A stretch of DNA of 64,000 nucleotides from an uncultured Spirochaetota bacterium (GCA_963781885.1 CAWAHW010000002.1:224001-288000); one strand, 5' to 3'; shown: positions 28,918 to 38,739, numbered from the stretch's first letter. A program made the numbers and translations. The notes: a model not told the origin generated them from the letters alone.

Positions 28918-30725
28918 ACCGGGGCGGGCACCGCGCCTGCGACGCGTATCGCGTACGCGTATCCCTGCTCGCAGAGGAAGAGCTGCCGCTTCAGGGCGAA
29001 ATCCTGCTCCACGGTGTCGCGCGAGACGAGGGAATAGAAGAAAGCCTGGTTGCCGAGCTCCTTCGGCCGGAGGATTCGGCCCAGCCTCTGCGCCTCCTCC
29101 TGCCGGGAGCCGAAGGTGCCGGAGACCTGGATGGCGAGGCTTGCCTCCGGCAGGTCCACGGCGAAGTTCGCCACCTTGGAGACGGCGAGCACGCGTATCG
29201 TGCCGTTCTTGAAGTCGGCGTACAGCTTGTCGCGCACGCCTTGCGGCGTTGCCCCCGTGAGCACGGGGAGGCCGAGCGGCCGCGCAATCGCGGCAAGCTG
29301 GTCGAGGTACATGCCGATGACGAGCGCGGGCTCCCCGGGGTGCGCCGCAAGGATCGCCTTCACCTGGTCGGTCTTCGCGGGATTCTCCGACGCCATGCGG
29401 AACTTCGTGCGCGCATCGGCAACCGCGTAGCTTGCCCGCAGGGAGTCCGGCAGCGGCACGCGGATCTCGGTGCAGACCGCCTTGGCGATCCATCCCTGCT
29501 TCTCCATCTCCTTCCAGGGCACGTCGTACTTCTTCGGACCGATGAGGGCAAAGACGTCATCTTCCTTGCCGTCCTCCCGCACGAGCGTGGCCGTGAGACC
29601 CAGGCGCCGGCGTGCCTGGAGCGACGCGGTGACCTGGAAGACGGGGGCGGGGAGAAGGTGAACCTCGTCGTAGACGATGAGGCCCCAGTCGCGCTCGTTG
29701 AAAAGCGAAAGATGGGGATACGGGGCGATCTCGTCGTCCACCGTCGGATCGGTCGGCTCCAACGCCGCCTTTCCCCGATGCGTGAGCATCTGGTAGGTGG
29801 CGATGGTGATCGGGCGCACCTCCTTGCGCTGGCCCGTATATTCGCCGATCAGTGAAGGGTCGATGTCCGTCTTGTCGATCAGCTCCGCGATCCACTGCCG
29901 CACCGCGGTGATGCAGGTGGTGAGCACGAGCGTGGAGGTCTGGAGCATGTTCATGCAGAGCATGCCGACGATGGTCTTGCCGGCGCCGCAGGGCAGCACG
30001 ATCACGCCGCTTCCCCCGCGTTCCGATCCGCCCATGTGGAAAGCCTCCGCGGCCGCCGTCTGGTAGGGCCGGGGGTCGAAGGGACGGGGCCGGGAGGCCA
30101 TTTGCCGACGCAGGGAAAAGCCGAATGTCTCCCCTGCCGCGTACCCTGCCTGGTCGTCCACGGGGTAGCCGATGCGGATGAGGGCGAGCTTGAGCTGGCC
30201 CCGGGTCTCGGGGCTCACGATGAAGGTGGTGTCGGTGATGCGCCGGGTGAGCAGGAGCGATGCATGCTTGTCCGCGGAGATCAGGTCCGCGAGGCCCTTG
30301 TCGCGGCAGTGCAGCACGAGCGCCACGGCATCGCGCTGGAGCGTGAGGCTGCCGAAGCGCGCTGCATAGTCCTGGATCTCGGTGATGATGTGGTCTGGCA
30401 CGGGGTAGCGGCTCAGGTCGGTGAGCGCGCGGGTGATCTGCTCCGCGCTTTCCCCCGCCGCGCAGGCATTCCATATGGAAAGCGGGGTGATGCGGTACGT
30501 GTGCACGTGCTCGGGCGACTTCACCAGCTCCGCGAAACGCACCAGCGCGTCGCGCGCCTCGGCGTAGCGCGGGCTTGCCACCTCCGCGAGTATCGTCCGG
30601 TCCCCCTGGACGATGAGGGGGCCGGCCGGTGCGGCGCCGGGAGCGCCCGCGGCCGGAGGCGTTCCCCTGCCGTCCCTGTGAGGTCGGTCGTCGCCTGCGA
30701 TCGGTTGATTGATATTTTCTGTCAT
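28914..30725 (-). CDS. xpb: DNA helicase XPB (Ssl2/Rad25 family)
   Basis: KSPEHVHTYRITPLSIWNA, LPCGAGKT, DEVH, TATLVRED and QRLGRILR. Confidence 0.95.
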   Translation of the reverse strand: MTENINQPIAGDDRPHRDGRGTPPAAGAPGAAPAGPLIVQGDRTILAEVASPRYAEARDALVRFAELVKSPEHVHTYRITPLSIWNACAAGESAEQITRALTDLSRYPVPDHIITEIQDYAARFGSLTLQRDAVALVLHCRDKGLADLISADKHASLLLTRRITDTTFIVSPETRGQLKLALIRIGYPVDDQAGYAAGETFGFSLRRQMASRPRPFDPRPYQTAAAEAFHMGGSERGGSGVIVLPCGAGKTIVGMLCMNMLQTSTLVLTTCITAVRQWIAELIDKTDIDPSLIGEYTGQRKEVRPITIATYQMLTHRGKAALEPTDPTVDDEIAPYPHLSLFNERDWGLIVYDEVHLLPAPVFQVTASLQARRRLGLTATLVREDGKEDDVFALIGPKKYDVPWKEMEKQGWIAKAVCTEIRVPLPDSLRASYAVADARTKFRMASENPAKTDQVKAILAAHPGEPALVIGMYLDQLAAIARPLGLPVLTGATPQGVRDKLYADFKNGTIRVLAVSKVANFAVDLPEASLAIQVSGTFGSRQEEAQRLGRILRPKELGNQAFFYSLVSRDTVEQDFALKRQLFLCEQGYAYAIRVAGAVPAPV

Positions 30726-30741
30726 GGTGAAAAGCGCACAC

Positions 30742-30770
30742 AGGATAGTGACGGGGGAAGGGAGGGTCAA
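30742..30770 (-). promoter_or_regulatory. Sigma70 promoter of the XPB operon
   Basis: TTGACC-N17-TATCCT. Confidence 0.6.
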
Positions 30771-30902
30771 GCGGCCCGGCGCACGAGAAGCCGGTTGATA
30801 GCGCGACGTTTTTCCCGCGTGCCCATCGAATGCCCGCAAGGTCTCCATCGGAGTGGCGGTCGGACTGGACAAGGAATGCCGCGTTCTGATCAACTCAAGG
30901 AC

Positions 30903-31418
30903 ATGTCGGTTTCCATACGAGGCGCGCGCGAAGAAGACCTTCCCCGGATCCTCGCCATCTACAACCACGAGGTGACGAGCTCCACGGCGACGTACGACAC
31001 GCAGCCCCGCACGCCCCTGGAGCACCGTGCGTGGTTCACCCACCATGACGATTCCCATCCCGTGCTCGTTGCGGTAACCCCACGAGGCGTCGACGGCTGG
31101 GCGTCTCTCAGCCCCTGGTCCGATCGGGCGGCGTATGGGAAGTCGGTCGAGGTATCGGTGTACGTCGCGGAAGAAGCGCGGCGACGGGGCATCGGGCGGG
31201 CGCTCCTGCAAGCCCTTGTCGATGCGGGGCGCGCGCGGGAGCATCATGCGCTTCTGGCGCGCATCTCGGCCGACAATGACGCAAGCATCCGTTTGCACGC
31301 GGCGCTCGGCTTTTTCGTTGTCGGCACGCTCAAGGAGGTCGGCGTGAAGTTCGGCCGGCTCCTCGACGTCTGCATCATGGAGCTGCTGCTGGAGCCGTCC
31401 GACCGGGCTTCTTCTTGA
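30903..31418 (+). CDS. GNAT N-acetyltransferase (MddA/YncA/phosphinothricin type)
   Basis: AIYNHEV, SVYV, RRRGIG, NDASIRLH and VGVKFGR. Confidence 0.9.
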   Translation: MSVSIRGAREEDLPRILAIYNHEVTSSTATYDTQPRTPLEHRAWFTHHDDSHPVLVAVTPRGVDGWASLSPWSDRAAYGKSVEVSVYVAEEARRRGIGRALLQALVDAGRAREHHALLARISADNDASIRLHAALGFFVVGTLKEVGVKFGRLLDVCIMELLLEPSDRASS

Positions 31419-31443
31419 CACCGTCCTCCGCCGGCGCCAAGGT
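31415..31443 (+). promoter_or_regulatory. Sigma70 promoter of gapN, probably giving a leaderless mRNA
   Basis: TTGACA-N17-CAAGGT, with the ATG 6 nt downstream and no SD. Confidence 0.55.
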
Positions 31444-31449
31444 TGCGGC

Positions 31450-33096
31450 ATGAGTGAAGACGTCAGAAAAAGGGTTGCGTCGCTTTTCCCGGTACAGACC
31501 GATATTCCCGCCGATGCGGATTTCGCGGCCGGCGGCGGCAGGTACGAACGTGGCGTCGATTTCCTGATCGACGGGCGCATCGGTGCGTGGCCGGGTGCGA
31601 CGGTGCAGGCTCTTTCCGCGGTCTGCCTGCGCGCCGCAGACGGCTCGCTGAGCCAGCGCGTGATCGGGCCCGCGGCACGGCAGGACCGGGCAGCGGCCGG
31701 GGAGGCGCTCGCCGCGGCGCGCCGCGCGTGGGACCACGGCCGGGGCGCCTGGCCCACGATGCGGGTGGCGGGCCGGGTGGAGGCGCTGGAGTCATTCGCC
31801 CGCAGGATGCGCGTCGTGCGCGACGAATCGGTTCGGCTCCTGATGTGGGAGATCGGCAAGAGCAGGCCGGACGCGGAGAAGGAGTTCGACCGCACCGTCC
31901 AGTACATTACCGACACCGTGGAGGCGTTGAAGGAGACCGACCGCGCGGGGGCGCGCTTCTCCGCCAACGCGGGCGTGCTTGCCCACATCCGCCGGGCCCC
32001 CCTGGGGGTCGTGCTCTGCATGGGCCCGTTCAACTACCCGCTGAACGAGACATTCACCACCCTGATCCCGGCCCTGGCGATGGGAAACACGGTGGTCGTG
32101 AAGCTCCCGCACTACGGCGCCCTCTGCCAGATGCCGCTCCTCTCCTGCTTCGCGGAAAGCTTCCCCCGGGGCGTCGTGAACATCGTGAACGGCAGCGGCC
32201 GCGAGCTCGCGGGGCCCATCATGGAGACGGGGGACGTCGCCGCGCTTGCCTTCATCGGCACGTCGCGCACCGCCAACGAGCTGAAGCGCCTGCACCCGCA
32301 GCCCAACCGGCTGCGCTGCATACTCGGCCTCGACGCGAAGAACCCCGGCATCGTGCTTGCCGACGCGGACGTCGACCTCGCGGTGTCCGAGTGCGTGACC
32401 GGCGCGCTTTCCTTCAACGGCCAGCGCTGCACCGCGCTGAAGCTGCTGTTCGTGGAGCGCTCCATCGCGGACCGATTCGTGGCGCGACTGGCCGACGCCG
32501 TGGATGCGCTTCCCTTCGGCATGCCGTGGGAGCCGGGCGTGCGCGTCACGCCGCTTCCCGACACCGACAAGGTGCAGAAGATGGGGGCGCTCGTCGCGGA
32601 TGCCGTGGCGCGCGGCGCGGCGGTGGCAAACAGGTTCGGGGGAGCATCGAAGGGAACCTTCTACTTCCCGTCGGTCGTCTATCCCGTCACTCCCGCAATG
32701 CAGCTCTACCACGTCGAGCAGTTCGGCCCGGTCATCCCGGTTGCCGTCTTCGACGATCCACACGAGGTGTTCCGGTATATCGTGGAGTCAAGCTACGGCC
32801 AGCAGGCGAGCATCTTCGGTCAGGACCCCCGCAGGATCGGCCCGCTCATCGACGTGCTGGCAAACCAGGTCTGCCGCATCAACCTGAACGCCCAGTGCCA
32901 GCGCGGGCCTGACGTCTACCCCTTTGCCGGCCGCAAGGACAGCGGGGAAGGCACGCTGTCGGTCTCCGACGCGCTGCGCTGCTTCTCCATACGCTCGATG
33001 GTCGCCGTCCCGGGAACGCAACCGAACACGGCGCTGCTGGGGGAGATGCTCCGGGAGCGCACGTCGAATTTCGTGAACACGGACTATCTCTTCTGA
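31450..33096 (+). CDS. gapN: Non-phosphorylating NADP-dependent glyceraldehyde-3-phosphate dehydrogenase
   Basis: MGPFNYPLNE, GLDAKN, SFNGQRCTA, EQFGP and QRGPD motifs. Confidence 0.88.
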   Translation: MSEDVRKRVASLFPVQTDIPADADFAAGGGRYERGVDFLIDGRIGAWPGATVQALSAVCLRAADGSLSQRVIGPAARQDRAAAGEALAAARRAWDHGRGAWPTMRVAGRVEALESFARRMRVVRDESVRLLMWEIGKSRPDAEKEFDRTVQYITDTVEALKETDRAGARFSANAGVLAHIRRAPLGVVLCMGPFNYPLNETFTTLIPALAMGNTVVVKLPHYGALCQMPLLSCFAESFPRGVVNIVNGSGRELAGPIMETGDVAALAFIGTSRTANELKRLHPQPNRLRCILGLDAKNPGIVLADADVDLAVSECVTGALSFNGQRCTALKLLFVERSIADRFVARLADAVDALPFGMPWEPGVRVTPLPDTDKVQKMGALVADAVARGAAVANRFGGASKGTFYFPSVVYPVTPAMQLYHVEQFGPVIPVAVFDDPHEVFRYIVESSYGQQASIFGQDPRRIGPLIDVLANQVCRINLNAQCQRGPDVYPFAGRKDSGEGTLSVSDALRCFSIRSMVAVPGTQPNTALLGEMLRERTSNFVNTDYLF

Positions 33097-34169
33097 GCGC
33101 GGTCGAGGAACGAGAAAGCGTCGAGCTCGTATTCCTTGGCCAGGCGAAGATCAGGCGCCCGGCCTTGCGCGGGGATCGAAAGCCCGAAGACGCGGCATAT
33201 TGCGTCGTGCGTGAGCTCGTCCAGGCGGGCGGCCGTCATGCCGCGTTCCCGGAGCAGCGATATGAAGCGCGGGTAGAAGGGGAAGCCCGGCACGCCCGAG
33301 GCGAATCCCTCCGTCTTGTCCTTTCGGGTGTGCGGGGCGTGATCCGTCTCGATCCAGTCGATGTCGCCGTCGAACAGTCGCCGCAGCATGAGTGACGGCA
33401 TGGGAAGAGGCCGCAGCGGCGGGTTCACTTTCAGGAGTATGCCGTCCTCCCCTTCCATCAGGTTTGCATCCAGCAGCGCGTGGTGTGGGGTCAGGCCGCA
33501 GGTGAGTTTGAGCGGCGCGCCTTCGGCAGGGCCGCCCGCCGCGGGCGCGCGCGCGTGGGCGCCCCGCAGCACGTCCAATGCCCACGGGGTGGATATGTGG
33601 CAGATGTGGAGCGTCCCGCCGAAGGCCGCCTTCCGCGCGAAGCCCATCTGCTCGTCCACGGAGGCGACCTCCGCCGCGGGGGGACGCGCGCGCGCGTGGC
33701 TCACGGGCCGCGTCGGGTTCCAGTCCCCCGGCCGCAGAAGCGATTCCTTCTCCGCGTGCACGGCGAGCACACCCGTGTATCCCAGCGCCGTGAGCGTGCG
33801 GTAGACCAGCGCCTGCTCGCGCGGGTCCACGATGCCCATGTTGCCGGTGGAATGGCCGGCAAACATCTTCAGGCCCACGACCCGGGGAAAGAGCTCCCGC
33901 CAGCAGCGCACCGCATCCTCGATCTGGCGCGGCACGGCCGTGATCCCGGCGTACAGACCGTGGAAGATGCCGATGCCCAGGCCGCGGACGGCTGCGTCCG
34001 CGTCGTCGATGCGTCGGAGGATCGCGTCGCGCGTCGTGAGCGGCGGGTCGGTGTTGGGCATCTCGAACACGCCGTCCAGGCCCGCGCGCCACGCGACGGA
34101 GAGCCCGTGGCGCAATGTTTCCTTGGAAGCTTGCTTCCAGTCGCGCAGGTGCGCGTGGGGATCGATCAC
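33084..34169 (-). CDS. pyrC: Dihydroorotase
   Basis: DPHAHLRD, EMPNT, KVNPPLR and TDHAPH; directly downstream of pyrBI. Confidence 0.9.
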   Translation of the reverse strand: MIDPHAHLRDWKQASKETLRHGLSVAWRAGLDGVFEMPNTDPPLTTRDAILRRIDDADAAVRGLGIGIFHGLYAGITAVPRQIEDAVRCWRELFPRVVGLKMFAGHSTGNMGIVDPREQALVYRTLTALGYTGVLAVHAEKESLLRPGDWNPTRPVSHARARPPAAEVASVDEQMGFARKAAFGGTLHICHISTPWALDVLRGAHARAPAAGGPAEGAPLKLTCGLTPHHALLDANLMEGEDGILLKVNPPLRPLPMPSLMLRRLFDGDIDWIETDHAPHTRKDKTEGFASGVPGFPFYPRFISLLRERGMTAARLDELTHDAICRVFGLSIPAQGRAPDLRLAKEYELDAFSFLDRAQKR

Positions 34170-34171
34170 GG

Positions 34172-35686
34172 TCAGTCCGGGTACGCCACGGGCTGGATGC
34201 GCGCGGGCAGGGAGGCCGTGTAGGCGCGCACGTCATCCGCGGTGACCTTGCGGTGCGCGACGGCGAGCGGGCGCCGGCAGTAGCGGCAGCGGATGCCTCC
34301 CCCGTCGTTGTAGAACCGCGGCGGCACGTCCTCGTTGATCGTGCGCGTGATGCAGTTGGCATTCGCGCAGAGCAGATACACGTATTTCTCCACGATCCGA
34401 CCCTCCGCGACCGTGTTGATCGTCGGCTCGGGGGAGAGGAGTGCGATGCGCTTCAGGTCGCGCTCCGGCAGGTCGCGGAGATTCGTCTTGATGAAGGGAT
34501 TGGGCTTTTCCGTGATCGTCGCCGTCGTGCACGAGTAGCCGCGGTTTTCCAGGTCCAGCGCGTCGCTCACGGCGCGCAGAGTGCCGGAGGCCAGATGGTC
34601 GATCACCGTGCCGTTGGTGATCTTGTCGATGAACATGCCGCTCTGCTTGCCGGCGCGTATCGGCCGCGCGAGCCTGTTGTTTCCCACGCCCAGCTCCGCC
34701 GGCAGCCTCCCGCTGTAGCGCGTATACCCCTCGTGTCCGAGCATCTCGTGGAGCAGCGCCTTGCGGAGGAAGATGCCGTATTCGGCCTGCGCGAAGAAGG
34801 CCTGCGCGGGGGTGAAATAGACACGGTGGTCGATCTCGGCGATCTCTGAATTCACCGGCAGGGGGTGGAGAAGGCGCGCCGCGACGCCTTCGATCTTGGG
34901 CAGGTCGATGCGGTACTGCTTCATCATCGCCACGACGTCCTTCTGCCGCACCCCCTGCATGCGCTCCAGCTGCGGGCGGGTCATGTAGTAGAAGTCCACC
35001 TGCCGCATCACGTCCCGAACGCTGGCGTCGCGAATCACCCTCACCCCGCGTGCGCTCAGGAGCTGCACGAGGTCCTCCGGCATGCCGAGGAAATCTTCCG
35101 CAGCCCAGCGGATGGTGACGTCGTCGAAATGCGCGAGCGCCAGAGAGAGGGACCTCACCGTCCGTCCGTGGGAAAGATCCCCGCCGAAGCCGATGCGCAG
35201 GCCGTCCAATCGCTCGCCGCGCAAGGCATAGATGGTCAGCACGTCGAGGAGCGCCTGCGTGGGATGCTCGTTCTTGCCGTCGCCGCCGTTGATGACAGGG
35301 ACGCTCGCCACGTCGGCGGCCCACTGCAGGGAGCCGTCCAGGGGATGGCGCATCACGATCACGTCGTTGTGGTTGGCGCACATCATGGTGATCGTGTCGC
35401 GCACCGTCTCGTTCTTCATGACGGAGGTGCCCTCCGTGCCCGAGAAGCCGTCGTAGCGGCCTCCCAGCTCCCGCATGCCAGTGTTGAAGCTCGTGCGTGT
35501 GCGCGTGCTGGGCTCGTAGAACAGGGAGGAGAGAGTCCTGTGCTTCAGCGCATCGCGCAGGCTGTTCCGCTTTCCCTCTCTTTCCAGCTCCGCCATGCGC
35601 TGACCCGCCGCGCACAGCGCGAGGATCTCCTCCCGGGAGAAATCGGTGATGGAGATGATGTCGCGGTCGCGGAATGTCGTGCTCAT
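34172..35686 (-). CDS. pyrBI: Bifunctional aspartate carbamoyltransferase, catalytic plus regulatory chain fusion
   Basis: FYEPSTRT, HPTQ and HPLP, followed by the PyrI motif NGTVIDH and the Zn site CANANC...CRYC. Confidence 0.92.
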   Translation of the reverse strand: MSTTFRDRDIISITDFSREEILALCAAGQRMAELEREGKRNSLRDALKHRTLSSLFYEPSTRTRTSFNTGMRELGGRYDGFSGTEGTSVMKNETVRDTITMMCANHNDVIVMRHPLDGSLQWAADVASVPVINGGDGKNEHPTQALLDVLTIYALRGERLDGLRIGFGGDLSHGRTVRSLSLALAHFDDVTIRWAAEDFLGMPEDLVQLLSARGVRVIRDASVRDVMRQVDFYYMTRPQLERMQGVRQKDVVAMMKQYRIDLPKIEGVAARLLHPLPVNSEIAEIDHRVYFTPAQAFFAQAEYGIFLRKALLHEMLGHEGYTRYSGRLPAELGVGNNRLARPIRAGKQSGMFIDKITNGTVIDHLASGTLRAVSDALDLENRGYSCTTATITEKPNPFIKTNLRDLPERDLKRIALLSPEPTINTVAEGRIVEKYVYLLCANANCITRTINEDVPPRFYNDGGGIRCRYCRRPLAVAHRKVTADDVRAYTASLPARIQPVAYPD

Positions 35687-36429
35687 GGCGTGCTCCTTTT
35701 CAGGGACGATAACCCGGGAAAGAGGTCTATGAAAGCCTGCGGCAGCGGAGACTCCACCACGACTGGCGCCCCGGTCTGCGGATGCGGCAGCTCGATGCGT
35801 GACGCGTGCAGGTACATGCGCTGCGCGCATCCGTGGGGCGCCGCGACGCCATACAGGGCGTCACCGAGCAGGGGATAGCCCAGGTGCGCCAGATGCGCGC
35901 GCACCTGGTGGCGGAAGCCGCGCCGGATGCGCACTGTCAGCAGCACGCTGTCGCCTGCGCGGGCCATGACGCGCGCCTCGGTCGCGTAGAGGTCCGGCGC
36001 CGTGCCCCGCGGCGTCTTCCCGCCCGGAAGCACGATGCGCACTTTGCGCCTTCCCTCGCCGTACGGCGCGAATCTCGATTCGATGCGGAGCGGCGCGTCG
36101 TCCGTCGGCGCGTCGGGCGGGCAGGCGCATGCCGCGGTGTACTCCTTCAGCGCGCGGCCCTCGGCGAAAGCGGCGCGCAGCGCCTGGAATGCCGCCGCCG
36201 TCCGCGCGACGACCACGCAGCCGCTCGTTTCCCTGTCCAGCCGGTGGACGAGCCCCGGCTCCACGGGCTTGATGCCCGGTAGCTCTGCCACTTCGGGATA
36301 CCGGGCGATCACCATGGCAAGGAGCGTCTCCGGCTCGGCGGGACGCAGCGGCGCCGTGTGCAGGCCTGCCGGCTTGTCGACCACCACGAAGCTCGCATCC
36401 TCGTAGCGCACCACAAGGGATTCCATCAT
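35683..36429 (-). CDS. RluA family pseudouridine synthase
   Basis: DKPAG, VHRLDRETSG and HQVRAHL motifs. Confidence 0.92.
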   Translation of the reverse strand: MMESLVVRYEDASFVVVDKPAGLHTAPLRPAEPETLLAMVIARYPEVAELPGIKPVEPGLVHRLDRETSGCVVVARTAAAFQALRAAFAEGRALKEYTAACACPPDAPTDDAPLRIESRFAPYGEGRRKVRIVLPGGKTPRGTAPDLYATEARVMARAGDSVLLTVRIRRGFRHQVRAHLAHLGYPLLGDALYGVAAPHGCAQRMYLHASRIELPHPQTGAPVVVESPLPQAFIDLFPGLSSLKRSTP

Positions 36430-36451
36430 CCTCGCCCCGTCTCGGGGCCCC

Positions 36452-37663
36452 CTATTTGAACTGCGGGAAAATTTTGGCGAACTGTACGACGTCGTCCGCG
36501 ATGAGATGGTTCAGCTGCTCCGCGGTCTGCGGCGTCGTCGGCTTCACGCCCGGGAAGTTCTTCATCGCCGCATCGGCCTGCGACGGGGCGATGAAATCCG
36601 CGATCGGCGTGACGGTGACATACTGGGAGAGAGGCCCCTGCACGATGTAGCCGTCGAAGACGTCCGCGAGCGTTCCCGTCGCTGCGCCATCGGCGTAGGT
36701 GCTCTCCCGCACGGAAAGGGCGCCCAGGGGCGTGTCCGGAAGGTCCCACCCTGCGCTCTGCTTGTCGGGAGGAAGGGCGTCGATGAGAGCGTCGATCGCG
36801 CCGGAAGCGGGATAGCCGAAGCCGATCTTCTGCGTGCCGTCGGGCCACGGCGCATGCAGGGAAACGCCCCATGCCTTGGAGCCGATGCGGCCGTAGACGA
36901 TGTTGCCCGCTCGGCGGACGTCTGCCAGCTTCATCAGAGCGGCATTTTTTTCATATGCCTTGCTGCGGTAGCGGGTGAAGATGTGCTGGGTGCCGCAGAA
37001 GACGAGCGCCTTCTGGCCCTTCTGCGTGAACTCCCTGTCGATGGTGTCCGCCATGTGCGCCTCGGGGAGGCCGTGGGAATAGATGCCCGCAACCACGACG
37101 GGATTGGTGATGTCGCGGTCCGTCTTCAGGAGCTCCCAGTCCTGTCGCACGCTCAGGCCCACGACGCGGAAGGGCGCGGCGCCCTGGGGCCTGTCCTTGT
37201 TCACCCGCCATGCGGCCTTGTAGATGTCCAGGTATTCCTGGTAGCCCCACGTCACGACCCAGTCGAACGTGATGGCCCGCGCGTCCGCATCGTTCCATGC
37301 GGGCGCCGTCACCAGGGCGTCGATCTGCGCCTGATCGTCGGAAAGGGCGTACTCGATGCCGAGATTGTGGATGCCTGCCGCGTACAGGCGGGGCACGAGC
37401 CCCACAACCAGCTCCACGTTCTGGCGGATCTTGTACATCTCGCCGAGCATGACGATGTCATGCCGGCTGAAGGAATCGATGACGTAGTCCTCCGGCGAGC
37501 GCCAGTGCGCCTGCGCGTACGTCAGGAGCGGGGTCACCAGCGCGCTGTTTGCGGCGGGTCGGCTCCCGACACCCGAGCTCCTGCTGAACCATTTCAGCGG
37601 GTTGAACAGGAGGAAAAAGCCGACAATGGCGACGACGACGACCAGGAGGGTGTTGCGCTTCAT
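36452..37663 (-). CDS. Membrane-anchored exported protein, ChaN/EreA-like fold
   Basis: N-terminal TM; DIVMLGE, LGIE and GTQH pattern. Confidence 0.55.
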   Translation of the reverse strand: MKRNTLLVVVVAIVGFFLLFNPLKWFSRSSGVGSRPAANSALVTPLLTYAQAHWRSPEDYVIDSFSRHDIVMLGEMYKIRQNVELVVGLVPRLYAAGIHNLGIEYALSDDQAQIDALVTAPAWNDADARAITFDWVVTWGYQEYLDIYKAAWRVNKDRPQGAAPFRVVGLSVRQDWELLKTDRDITNPVVVAGIYSHGLPEAHMADTIDREFTQKGQKALVFCGTQHIFTRYRSKAYEKNAALMKLADVRRAGNIVYGRIGSKAWGVSLHAPWPDGTQKIGFGYPASGAIDALIDALPPDKQSAGWDLPDTPLGALSVRESTYADGAATGTLADVFDGYIVQGPLSQYVTVTPIADFIAPSQADAAMKNFPGVKPTTPQTAEQLNHLIADDVVQFAKIFPQFK

Positions 37664-37669
37664 GCTGCC

Positions 37670-38681
37670 TTATGGCGTGACGCTTTCCGTGAACTCCTTG
37701 GGGCTCAGCAGCATCTTCGCGTACTGGGCGCGCGTGTATGCCCAGGGGTCCTTCGCCTTCGCTGCCGACAGCTTGCCGCGGAACGCGTCGATGGTCGCGT
37801 AGGACCTGCCGTCCATCCATCGACCGATCTCATCCTTCATCGTCGCGATCGATTTCACGCCGTTGCGGTAGAATGCCGTCACCACCTGCACGGCGGAGGC
37901 GCCGGCGAGCAGCATCTTCACGACGTCCATGCCGCTCACGATGCCCGGTGCTCGCGCACACGTCTGCCTTCACCTTCCCATAGAGAAGACCCGCGAAGCG
38001 CAGCGGCAGGCGGTTGTCCGCCTGGATGCTGAAGTTGAAGGGCTGGGCGATGGATTCAGTCTCCGTGTTGATGTCAGGCTGGAAGAAGCGGTTGAAAAGA
38101 ACGAAGCCGCTGACCCCTTCGCGGTCGAACCTGCTTATGACGTTGAGCGGATTGGAGTAGAAAACGCTCAGCTTCACGGCGACGGGTATCTTCAGGGCCT
38201 TGCGCACCTCCCGCACCGCCTCCATCTGCTCTTCTTCGATCGCGGCGCCGCCCAGCTCGAAGTCGCGGGGCGTGGCGAAGAAGTTCAGCTCGAGTCCATC
38301 CACGCCCTGGTCGGCGAGTTGCCGTGCGTACTCCACCCAGGTGGCGCGGGCCACGGCGTTGAGGCTCGCGAAGACCGGGATCTTCACCGCCGCGCGCGAT
38401 TTCTTCACCCACATGAGGTGCTCTTTCGCTCCCGCGTGCTGCAGCTTCGGGAAGATGGTCGCCATTTCCCCGTAGAGCTCGCTTCCCCTGTTCAGATCCT
38501 CTTCGAGCTTGAAACGCTCGAGCTGGATCTGCTCCTCGAAAAGGCTTTTCAGCACGACGGCTCCGGCGCCTGCTTCCTCGATCCTCTTGATGCTGTCGAT
38601 ATTCGACGTCAGGTCGCTCGCACCCGCGATGATCGGGTTGGCGAGGGTGATGCCCATGTAACGCGTCTGCAGGCTGCCCAT
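37670..38681 (-). pseudogene. Dihydroorotate dehydrogenase-like protein with a 1-bp frameshift at 37944-37946, possibly a sequencing error
   Basis: KSLFEEQI, ELN, VKLS and FNRFFQPD motifs. Removing one G restores STGIVSGMDVVKMLLAGASAVQ. Confidence 0.85.
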
Positions 38682-38700
38682 CACTGTCCTCCTTCAAGAA

Positions 38701-38729
38701 AGCATAGAAACGCGCGAATCATAAGTCAA
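38701..38729 (-). promoter_or_regulatory. Sigma70 promoter of the DHOD-like to pyrC run
   Basis: TTGACT-N17-TATGCT followed by an AAGGAGG SD. Confidence 0.7.
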
Positions 38730-38739
38730 TTCAAAGCGC

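Noticed and set aside
28914-32033. 1039-aa ORF as a giant XPB fusion
   Set aside because: The extension is antisense to GNAT and gapN. A promoter at 30742-30770 supports the start at 30725.
37940-37950. Programmed ribosomal frameshifting at the three frameshift sites
   Set aside because: There are no slippery heptamers or stimulatory elements. Several single-base indels in unrelated genes fit sequencing error better.
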